Assembly: GCF_018350175.1 (NCBI RefSeq)
Contig: NC_058373.1
Location: forward strand, 102,116,001-102,180,000
Direction: 5' to 3'
DNA: 64,000 bases
Source of the DNA: Felis catus
Taxonomy: Eukaryota
Within the stretch, counting starts at the first letter, position 1. Each line of letters starts with the position of its first letter. A program made the translations under genes and the position numbers. Below the pieces are notes generated by a model. The model saw only the letters and a list, made by a program, of their open reading frames with translations, searched no databases and was not told the origin of the DNA. Positions 40,101-52,100 of the stretch are shown piece by piece.

Positions 40101-43100
40101 ATGCCAGATAAAGTATGATTATGCTGACTTTGGTATTTTGGTCAACATTTTCTTGAAAATAACGAAGTAGGCCGGTCATTTAAGAAAAATAACTGACACA
40201 ATCTGTTGCCAATGATAAAATTTGAGTTTTCAAGCAAGAATCAGACAACTTTTACCTGCCACCATGAGCTTGACTGCTTCCTAATATTTAAAAACTTCTG
40301 ACAAGATTGGTGATGATACTAACAAATACAATCCTAGATAATGTATCAGTATTACAAAGGCCTGCAAACCTCAGTGAACCAGTATTTTCTAAATTACCAA
40401 TGCATGTATTTCAAAATCAAACATGGTAAACTAAAAGATCCATTCAAGTCAGACCAATGGATCTTAATATAATATAGTTGGAAAGTTCACTGGAGAGTTT
40501 TCAGAGTCCACACTGCAAATAATCTTTATGAAATGATCACTTGTTGAGTTTTGGTACAGTAGCAAAGGATATCCACAATTATTTCAATAGGTTATTGAAA
40601 TACTTCCTTTTCAAATTACATGTTTGTGTTGAGCCTGAATATTCTTCACATACTTTAAGCAATTAAGCAAAACAACACGTATGTCAGTAGAATGAATTCT
40701 GAAACATGAAAGAACTCAGTTATCTTCTATTCCAGACATGGAATAAATTTTCAAAAGAGTAAAATAATGCTACTTTTCTTATTAAGTTTTTCATTTGAAA
40801 TGTTACTTATGTTTACATACATACATACATACATACATACGTAATAAATAAAAATTTAAAAAGTAAATAAATATATTTAAATTTTGTTTTAATTTCTAAC
40901 ATGGTAAATAACAGTATATAAATTCCATAAATAATTCTCTTTGGGGTCCACAAAAGTTTTTAAGAATGTAATAAACTCTGGAGACCAAATATTTAAGGAC
41001 TCCAGTCCTATAAAACCCTATATGATTTAAATGTAGCAAAATTTACCGCCATAAAATGTATTTGGCATTTTACTTGACAATGTTCAAATGTGCTATTTTA
41101 GCAGTTTATTTGAAGGTTTTTTTACTGTAACATCAATTTCCTTAACAGACACTATTATTCGTATTACTTTTTATTAAAACATTTTTTTAATGTTTATCTT
41201 TGAGAAAGAAAGCACGCAAACGGGAGAGAAGCAGAGGGGAGGGGGGACAGAGGATCTGAAGGGGGCTCTGTGCTGATAGCGGAGAGCCCAATGGGCTGAT
41301 CTCGTGAACTGTGAGATCATACATGACCTGAGCCAAAGTTGGACACATAACGGACTGAGCCAACCAGGAGCCCCTATTTCTTCTTGAGTTAGCTTGGTAG
41401 CTTATGTCTTTCAAAGAATTTGTCAATTTTATCTAAGTTGTTGTATTTATGGGCACAAAATTGGTCATACTATTGTTATTATTTTGTTATTAATAGCAGT
41501 GCTATCTCACAGAAATAGGAGTTATATATATAATTTAAAAAATTTTAGTAACCATATTTTAAATAGTAAAAAAAGGTTTAATTTTAATATTATACTGTAT
41601 TAAAGTATTATAATTTTGACATGTATTCAATGTTAAAAAATGACTAAAATATTTTACATTCTTTTTTTCATACTGTCTTCAAAGTCTGGTTGCATTCTAT
41701 ACTTATAACACATCTCATTTTGAACTAGTCACATCTCAAGTGCTCAAAAGCCACAGATGGCTTAATGGCCTCCATACTGGACAGTACATATCTATACAAT
41801 CTATGGTGACAGCCCCCTTTCATTACTTGTATTAGTCATTTATGCCTTCTCTTTCTTTCTGATCAGTCACGATAAAGGTTTAAAAATGTTACTGACCCGT
41901 GGCTCGGAGCCTGGAGCCTGTTTCCGATTCTGTGTCTCCCTCTCTCTCTGCCCCTCCCCCGTTCATGCTCTGTCTCTCTCTGTCCCAAAAATAAATAAAC
42001 GTTGAAAAAAAAAAATTAAAAAAAAAATGTTACTGATCTTTTCAAAGAACTAGCTTTTGGTTTCACTGACTTTCTTTACAGCTTTTGGTTGTCAATATCA
42101 TTGAATTCTGTTTTTTATTTCCTTCCTTCTGCTAGTGTGGAGTTTGATCTCTTCTTCTGTTTCTAATTTGCTAAAGCAGAAGCTTAGATAATTGATTTGA
42201 AATCTTCTTTAACATAAGTACTTAATACTACATACTTCCCTCTACCACTACGTTAGCTACATTCTACAAACTTAATAATGACTTCAAATAATAGTTTTAA
42301 TAAAAAAATTGTAAAATATCAATTGACAGGATGAATCATCACATCCACAAAGTCAATACATACCAACTGAGTTTTCATCATCTTCTAGAATGTGACTTCG
42401 CTGTCTAGGACGACCTGAAGCCAGCATGAGGTCATCATCTTCTTCCTCATCATTTATAATTCTTTTTGAAAAAGAAGGGGTCTCCACTGCATTGTCATTT
42501 AGGAAATCACCAGCATTATTTGTATCATCTCCATCAAAAAGATCACTGTAATCTTTTTCTACTCTGCTAGAGACCTTGAACAAATTAACACAAATTACAA
42601 AGATTAGTGAACTATTTAAATAAATGCAATTACTCAAAAGCCAATTCTGTAATGTGCACCTATATATTCTACCAAGTAAGTAAATTCCCTGACAAGAATT
42701 AATTAATAAATGTATTTATAAGAATTATATTTCTGTGAGACTTAGTCCATATTTTAATTTTTTAACATTTATTCATTTTTGAGAGTGAGAGAGACAGAGC
42801 ATGAGCAGGGGAGGGGCAAAGAGAGAGGGAGACATAGAATCTGAAGCAGGCTCCAGGCTCTGAGCTGTCAGCACAGGGTCCGACATGGAGCTTGAACTCA
42901 CAAACTGCAAGTTCATGACCTGAGCTGAAGTCGGATGCTTAACAGACTGAGCCACCCAGGCACCGCCCACCCCCCCCACCCCCCGCCCAGTCCTTATTTT
43001 AAATGCCTTATAGTATTTATGGATGGGACAGGAGTGTACAACAGACATATAAAAAAATACTGTATATACCCAAATACAAGGCAAGGTTTTACTCCTCAAA

Positions 43101-46100
43101 AGTCATTCTCCAGAGAAGTGACCTATAAGTTCCTACAAAGTCTCTCATTAGTCATTCATTTATTTTATTTTTAAAAAAATTTTTTAGGGGCGCCTGGGTG
43201 GTGCAGTCGGTTAAGCGTCCGACTTCAGCCAGGTCACGATCTCGCGGTCCGTGAGTTCGAGCCCCGCGTCAGGCTCTGGGCTGATGGCTCAGAGCCTGGA
43301 GCCTGTTTCCGATTCTGTGTCTCCCTCTCTCTCTCTCTGCCCCTCCCCCATTCATGCTCTGTCTCTCTCTGTCCCAAAAATAAATAAACGTTGGAAAAAA
43401 AAATTTTTTTTTAAAAAAATTTTTTTAATGTCTATTTTTGAGAGAGAGACAGAGTGTGAGTGGGGGAGGAGCAGAGAGAGAGGGAGACACAGAATCTGAA
43501 GCAGGCTCCAGACTGTGAGCTGTCAGCACAGAGCCCGATGTAGGGCTCGAACTCACGAACTGCGAGATCATGACCTGAGCTGAAGCTGGACGCTTACTGA
43601 CTGAGCCACTCAGGCACCCCATTCATTTACTTTTATTTTAAATTTATTTTGTTTTATTTTGCTTAGGTAGGATATGTTTGCTTTCAATTATCTCAGTTAA
43701 AGCTAGTTTTTTGTGGGTTTTTTTTTTGATGCTTATAAAAGTAAATGGATAGAACCAATAAAAAAATAAAGGAGGCAAGGAAATTCAACATTAATCCTTC
43801 ATTCCTAGGAATATGAACATACCATTGCAAACACTAGATGTCACTGTAAATGATTTTTTAGATCACTTTATTTATTTATTTGTTAGGTAATCTCCACATC
43901 CAATGTGGGACTCAAACTCATGACCCTGACATCAGGAGTTGCAATGCTCTACTAGACTAAGCCAGCCAGGTGCCCCATAAGATCACTTTGAAAAACAAAT
44001 AGTTCCTCCACATCCTCTCCAGCATCTATAGTCTCCTGATTTGTTCATTTTAGCCACTTGGACTGGCGTGAGGTGGTATCTCAGTGTGGTTTTGATTTGT
44101 ATTTCCCTGATGAGGAGTGACGTTGAGCATCTTTTCACGTACCTGTTGGCCATCTGGATGCCTTCTTTAGAGAAGTGTCTGTTCATGTCTTCTGCCTATT
44201 TCTTCACTGGATTGTTTTTCAGGTGTGGAGTTTGATGAGTTCTTTATAGATTTTGGATACTAGCCCTTCATCCAATATGTCATTTGCAAATATCTTTTCC
44301 CATTCTGTCGGCTGCCTTTTAGTTTTCTTGATTGTTTTCTTTGCAGTGCAGAAGATTTTTTATCTTGATGAGGTCCCAATAGTTCATTTTTGCTTTTAAT
44401 TCCCTTGCCTTTGGAGATGTGTCAATTAAGAAATTGCTGCGGCTGAGGTCAGAGAGGTTTTTTCCTGCTTTCTCCTCTAGGGTTTTGATGGTTTCCTGTC
44501 TCATATTCAGGTCCTTCATCCATTTTGAGTTTATTTTTGTGAATGGTGTAAGAAAGTGGTCTAGTTTCATTCTTCTGCATGTTGCTGTCCAGTTCTCCCA
44601 GCACCATTTGTTAAAGAGACTGTCTTTTTTCCATCGGATATTCTTTCTTGCTTTGTCAAAGATTAGTTGGCCATACATTTGTGGGTCCAATTCTGGAGTC
44701 TCTATTCTATTCCCTTGGTTGATATGTCTGTTTTTGTGCCAATACCATTCTGTCTTGATGATTACAGCTTTGTAGTAAAGACTAAAGTATGGGATTGTGA
44801 TGCCTCCCACTTTGGTTTTCTTCTTCAATATTACTTTGGCTATTTGGGGTCTTTTGTGATTCCTTACAAATTTTAGGATTGCTTGTTCTAGCTTCGAGAA
44901 TGCTGGTGCAATTTTGATTGGGATTGCATTGAATGTGTAGATGGCTTTGGGTAGTATTAACATCTTAACAATATTTATTCTTCCAATCCATGAACACGGA
45001 ATGTTTTTCCATTTCTTTGTATCTTCTTTAATTTCCTTCATAAGCTTTCTATAGTTTTCAGCATACAGATCTTTTACATCTTTGGTTAGGTTTACTCCTA
45101 GGTATTTTATGAAACAGGAACCCTCTTGCACTGTTGGTGGGAATGCAAACTGGTGCAGCCACTGGAAAAGTGTGGAGATTCCTCAAAAAATTAAAAATAG
45201 ATCTACCCCATGACCCAGCAATAGCACTGCTAGGAATTTACCCAAGGGATACAGGAGTGCTGATGCAGAGGGGCACTTGTACCCCAATGTTTATAGCAGC
45301 ACTTTCAACAATAGCCAAATTATGGGAAGAGTCTAAATGTCCATCAACTGATGAATGGATAAAGAAGTTGTGGTTTATATACACAATGGAATACTACTTG
45401 GCAATGAGAAAGAATGAAATGTGGCCTTTTGTAGCAACGTGGATGGAACTGGAGAGTGTTATGCTAAGTGAAATAAGTCCTACAAGGAAAGACGGATACC
45501 ATGTTTTCACTCTTACGTGGATCCTGAGAAACTTAACAGAAGACCATGGCGGAGGGGAAGGGGGAAAAAAAGTTACAGAGAGGGAAGGAGGCAAACTATA
45601 AGAGACTCTTAAAAACTGAGAATAAACTGGAGCGCCTGGGTGGCTCAGTCGGTTAAGCGGCCGACTTCGGCTCAGGTCATGATCTCGCGGTCCATTGAGT
45701 TTGAGCCCCGCGTCGGGCTCTGTGCTGACAGCTCAGAGCCTGGAGCCTGTTTCAGATTGTGTCTCCCTCTCTCTGACCCTCCTCTGTTCATGCTCTGTCT
45801 CTCCCTGTCTCAAAAATAAATAAAACGTTAAAAAAAATTTTTTTTTAATAAAAAATAAAAAAAACTGAGAATAAACTGAGGGTTGATGGGGGGTGGGAGA
45901 CAGGAGAAAGTGAGTGATGGGAATTGAGGAGGGCACCTTTTGGGATGAGCACTGGGTGTTGTATGGAAACCAATTTGACAATGAATTTCATATTAAAAAA
46001 AAAAAGTGAATAGTAAGCAGATACACTGTAGAGCTCACAAGTGACTCCTATAGCATGAATGAAAACTGTACAAATGTTAATTAAGACAATGAAAACTTGT

Positions 46101-49100
46101 GGTATAAAATTATTTTTTTACTTTTTTTAATTTTGAGAGAGCAAGTGAGTGTGAGTGGGGGAAGGGCAGAGAGAGAGGGGGGTGGGGGAGAGAGAAAATC
46201 CCAAGCAGGCTCCACACTGCCAGCACAGAGCCTGATGTGAGGCTCAGTCTCACAAACTGTGAGATCATGACCTGAGCTGAAACCAAGAGTCTGACTGAGC
46301 CATCTAGGCACCCCAAGTATGGTATAAAATTCTAATGATAGCACCATTAAGATTCAAAAGGAACTGGGGTGCCTGAGTGGCTCAGTTGGTTGAGCATCCA
46401 ACTCCTGGTTTCAGCTTGGGTCATGATCTCGCAGTTCTTGAGTTCAAGCTTCGCATCAGGCTCTGTGCCGACAGCTCAGAGAGTCTGAAGCCTGCTTGAA
46501 ATTCTGGGTCTCCCTCTCTGTCCCTCCCCCACTCACGGTCTGCCTTTCTCTCAAAAAATAAACATTAAAAAAAATTTAAAAAGATTGAAAAGGAACTTTG
46601 TCACAAATATTTTAGATTGAGTACATAAGATTGTGTTCTAGAAAACTAATGTTTAATGAAATAAGAGAACAGAAAACAAATGCTTCTAAACTCCTACATT
46701 TAGACATATGACACAATAGTGTTTCAGTTTTAATCATTATCTATTTAATCGATCCTATTAACTTCCCTATATTAGGAAAGATGAAGATTTGTTATAATTC
46801 TCAACCACCCCTACTCTCTTATATTTATGTATATCCTCCCAATATAGATAAATTCTCATTTTGGTTGGATCAATATGCAGGAATTAGATTATTATGACCA
46901 TTTAAATGCTATTCCTAGTTGAATAAAGATAATAGCAACACTTATAAACTGTGCTAGAGACTGTTCTAATTCTATACATAACTGATATAATCCTCACAAT
47001 AAAATCCTAGGTAGTAGGCATTATTCCTATCCTCATTTTATAAATGTGGTATATAATGATCACTTTTCCCTTCTTTTACAACTTTTTTCCTGGAGTTAAA
47101 AATCTTCTCTCTCTTTAGGTCTTTTTTCTTGGATAGATTCCCCAAAGACAATTCTTCCAATCTCTTGCCTGAAAAACCTAAGACTGACTGACAACGCTCT
47201 AGGAGTCAAGGATGAAAAATAAGCTGAGAATTTTAACATTCAAGTATATACACTTTCATTTAATCCTTTTCAGTACAGTATTCCTCTTTTGCCGAGTGCC
47301 ATTCAACTGTACCCAGTGTTCTGACCAAAGACCTTCTCTGTTTTACCTTTTCCAGAGATCTAATCTCCAGCATCCTGCCAGAATATACATGGCGGTGAAG
47401 GAAGGCAGTTACCTAGCTATGCACACCAATGTTGAGACTGGAGACATCTACTTGTTCATGAAACCAACCTTCCTATTTTTAGCCTCACTTCTAGAAGTAA
47501 CTAGTGCTACCAAATTCTGAATCATTGAGGATTCAGTCAGGCAAGCTGAACTGCATCCCAGCTTTCCCCCAACTGCAGTCTTCGGAATCAATTTTTTGAC
47601 TTTTTGAGAAGCTAAACTTAGTTTCCAATCATGCTTCTGTTTTTCAGCCTCCAAAATTTTGTTACTATCACCACTTCAACTGTCTTCTTTAACTTTATCA
47701 GATTATGCATTTAAAAAGAACTATTTAGGGTAATTTTAGTGGGGATTCCAAATATCAGGTTGTCTGAGCAGACATAAATGGATGTATTAAGTCCACGATC
47801 TTTAACTGGAACTCTAAACCAAGACTTAAGTTTGACTGGGTATATTTGCCAGGCAGGGGAAATAATGAACAAAACCAAGGACTTGTATAAAACAAGATGG
47901 CCTATTTAAAGCAATTTAGTTAGTAAGGCTGGATGGCTAAGCATTAAGAGATATAAGGATAGCTCTAAGAATGAAAGTGAATTCAGAGCTGAAAAGGTTG
48001 ATAGGCTACACTAAGTTATAATTATTAACTCTAATTTTATCTATATTTACTTAAATAACAATCCCCAGAACATCAGGATACTAAAATAGTACTTCACAAA
48101 GGTATTCCTTATAAAGCCAAGGAATATTAATAGGCATTATATTGAGGGGAAAAAGTTTCTCAGTAAAATATATTTGGGAAATATTACGTTAAACAAGTTT
48201 AAACAGTTTTCTTTATGATAAATCATTAGTGAGCCTCTAATAATAATAACGAATTATAACTTTCCAAGAAAGTAATGTTTTTTGTGATGTTTTCCAAATC
48301 CATATGACCACAAAAGACTGAAGAAACTATTCTACCACATATTACTTATTACCTTATTACTTGATGTCTTTCCATTGGGTTCACAAACATTTTCCAGGAG
48401 CCCTAGATTTCCTTCTGCATCAGTATAAGCTATTCGACCAGAAGTAGGATGCCATGCCAGGCCACAAATTGCATAACCTTTTTCATGTTTCACCCTAAAA
48501 ATTAAAAAGTGAGTTCTTAAAACGCTACCAAAAAATATATAAACTATACATTTCTTTAGGAAAATTTTAGTTAGAAAACGTTAAATGATTTCTAACAAAC
48601 TATTAACTATGTTCGTATTTTGACAATCTAATGATTGTAAATTTGTAATGTTTCAAAATAAAACAAACCAAAATCTAATAGGAAAAAAAAAAAAGCAAAA
48701 GAGGGGTGCCTGGCTGGTTCAGTCTGGCGGTTCAGTCAGTAAAGCATACAACTCTTGATCTTGGGGCCATGAGTTCAAGCCCCACACTGGGTGTACAGAT
48801 TACTTTTAAAAATAAATAAACAAACAAACAAATAAATAAGTTGAATCATACCTTTCCATGCAACCTTTGGTTTCCACATTCCAAACTATAATTAAACCAT
48901 TAATACTCCCTGCAGCTAAATATTGCCCACAGGGAGACCAGGTTACTATATTCAGGGCCTAGAGGAAAAACAATAAATAACAATTTGCATAATTTGAAAA
49001 TAAACACTTATTGCCAAATTCAAATTTTTATAACCTATATTCTGTGTAACTTCTAATTAAATCAATTCACAAATGGCAAGACAGTTTGCTTATTCAACTT

Positions 49101-52100
49101 TCTTTTTCAATAATAATTCAACTATCACTAAGCGGTTATTACTTTGTTTACCATGAGAAAATTATGTTGGCACAATTTTAAAAGCAAAAGCTAAAAACTG
49201 TTATTATCCTAGAGAGATAACAAAAGGTATCCTCTTAGCAGTCATCACCAAGATGAAGAGAACTAGTAAGTGAAATGAACTGTACTAAGCCACTGCTGAC
49301 CTACTGGGCCTCTTGTTTCCTTACGTGCCGAATGGGTGTGTATAAGAGGAGAGAGAGAATATAGAGCAACAACCTTTCCTGCTCTAAAATTCCAGAGTCC
49401 ATGATCATAAGTCTCAATAAAACTCATTTAACAATAAAGGCTAATTACTGATCATGTGAAAGTAACATGTTCTAATACTATGTTAGAGTTAAATTTGACT
49501 TCTTATAAATTAAGAAATTTTCTTACCAACTTCACAAAGAGAAAGCTCAGACAAGACCTAGCAAAGACCTATCTACTGTCCAGTTACTGGCTAAATGAAG
49601 GCAGGTTGAGGGACAAAAGTTGGACACATGAACAACAATCTGGCATTGTTCTCCATTTCCAACAACACTTAACTGCGATTATATTTAGTCCAAGTATACC
49701 TGAAATATTCCTGTTAGCTAATTCAAAGTGTCACTTATAGGGGCGCCTGGGTGGCGCAGTCGGTTAAGTGTCCGACTTCAGCCAGGTCACGATCTCGCGG
49801 TCCGGGAGTTCGAGCCCCGCGTCGGGCTCTGGGCTGATGGCCCAGAGCCTGGAGCCTGTTTCCGATTCTGTGTCTCCCTCTCTCTCTGCCCCTCCCCCGT
49901 TCATGCTCTGCCTCTCTCTGTCCCACAAATAAATAAACGTTGAAAAAAAAAAATTAAAAAAAAAAAAAACAAAAAACAAAGTGTCACTTATAAAACTTAC
50001 CTGAGAGATGAAATTATCTGAAAGATCAAACTGATTATTCCAAGTTTCTCTTCTATATAGCTTAACAGATTTTTCCACAGGAACTGCCAGTAACTATTAG
50101 GAAAGAAAAATGATTTAAACAAAAATTTACAATAAATTAAATTTGAGAGGGAAAAAAAAGGCAAAAAGTTCATCAAAATAAGCCTAGAAAACATAAAAGC
50201 AAATCTGTATTTTAATTGGCAACTAAAAACTCAGAAAACTACTTAAAATTTTGATAAGCAAAGAATGAATGATCACTCTATTTGCTTGCACTGAAAACCA
50301 GAGTACTTATAGTTATGTATTTTTAATACTGCTTTTCAGGAATCTAAGCCCTTTGGATCTAAAAATTCATCTCATTTGCTAAAAGGAAAGAAATAGATCC
50401 AGAATGCTTTAAACATCTTAAAAGGAAACTTATCGACTTACATATTCTTCCAAGCAAATAGAAAAAATAAAATCAGTATATTCTATGTTTATCACAAAAA
50501 GAAAAAAGTATTATTTATGAACAGAAAAACTATGTTAATTGTATTGATTTTTAAATTAATTAATGTTTCATAAGCAAAGAAAAATAAATCCTAAATTCTA
50601 CAACTATCACTTAAACGCAGAATGTAATCTTAAGAGGTCACATGATATAGGGGCATCTGGATGGCTCAGTCAGTTAGGCATCCGACTCTTGATTTCAGCC
50701 CAGGTCATGATCTCATGGTTTCGTGGGTTTGAGTCCAGTGTATGGCTCCGCACTGATGGTATGGAACCTGCTCAGGATTCTCTCTCTCTCTGCCCCTCCC
50801 ACGAGTGTTATTCCTCTCTGTCTCTCAAAATAAATAAATAAACTTAAAAAAAAAAAAAGTTGATGATACAAAGGACATAGATTAAATAAAGTCTCCCTCC
50901 CATCTCTAAATCCTATTTCTACTTCCCAAAGGTACACATAAGCATAGACTCTACAAGAACACATAGAGGGGTGACTTTCATTCCTGATTTCGGCTCAGGT
51001 CATGATCTCACAGTTCATGGGTTCCAGCCCCACCTTGGTCTCTGTGTTGACAGCTCGGAGCCTAGAGACTGTTTTGGATTCTGTCTCCCTCTCTCTCTGC
51101 CCCACCCTCAATTGCACTGTCTCTCTCTCAAAAACTAGTAAGTGTTAAAAAAATTTTTTTTTCTTAATTCCTAAGAATGGAATATATTTTTTTCTTTAAG
51201 TCTTCTTTTACTGCTCTTGATAGCAAGTTAAAATTTTTATAGCTCTTTCACATTTTTGGTAAGTTTATCCCTAGTTATTTCATCTTTTTTGATTTCACAG
51301 TAAATACATCATTTTTTTCCACACCATGTTTTCTAAATGGCTATTACTTATATATGATTGCTAGTGGTTTTGTGTATTAGTTTGTTTCCAGCTACCTTAT
51401 TGAATTTTCTTATTAGTAATATTTTTTCCTCCATTGATTTCTTAACATCTCCTTATATTCAAGCATTTCATTCTCTTTCCTCTCTTCAAGCAGGTCCTAT
51501 CTTTCTACCATCAGTTACTACCTCCAAAATGTGAAATGGTAGTAGAAAGAGCAGACATAACAAGACTGTTTCCAGAGTTGTTCCATTAAATACAATGTAA
51601 AGAAGAATATGACATTAATTCATTCAAAATGTACTCTTCAGAAAAAACCTTTATGAAGTTAAAACCTTTCTTAAAACATTTCAGAATTAATTAGTTGGCT
51701 TGGGGCACTAAAACTTATAACCAACATAAAATAGCTAAAACTTAAAAAACTAATTCTACTATTCTCACATTCAAAGTTGACAAGAACTAGAAGAAAAAAC
51801 AAAAACAAAGGTTGAAAAATAAGAGTCACTTACCTTCCCACCTTTGGGCTGCCAAGCAAGTCTGCAGATTGATTTTGCATTTATCACATCATTGCATTTT
51901 TGTAGCAGTGGCCAACTAACAGCACATGTCTGATTTTTAAAAAAGAAATTTATTTCTCTTTACTAAATTTCTTCCAAAAAGATATGCAGAATAGAATAAA
52001 TTTAATAGGTGATTTCTTCAAACTGATATATGTAAGAGAAAAGCAACTGAATTCACTTTCATCTAATTATGATGAAATTACTAAATTACTTTAAGTAATT

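Noticed and set aside
44319..45601. 270-aa and 155-aa ORFs as a possible novel reverse-transcriptase system
   Set aside because: They are fragments of L1 ORF2 downstream of the catalytic core, in a truncated and inverted insertion with no promoter or ORF1.
47212..47654. Coding-looking sequence, possible processed pseudogene
   Set aside because: All frames I tried are interrupted and I recognise no protein. It resembles an old L1M 5' region; a Dfam or BLASTX search would settle it.
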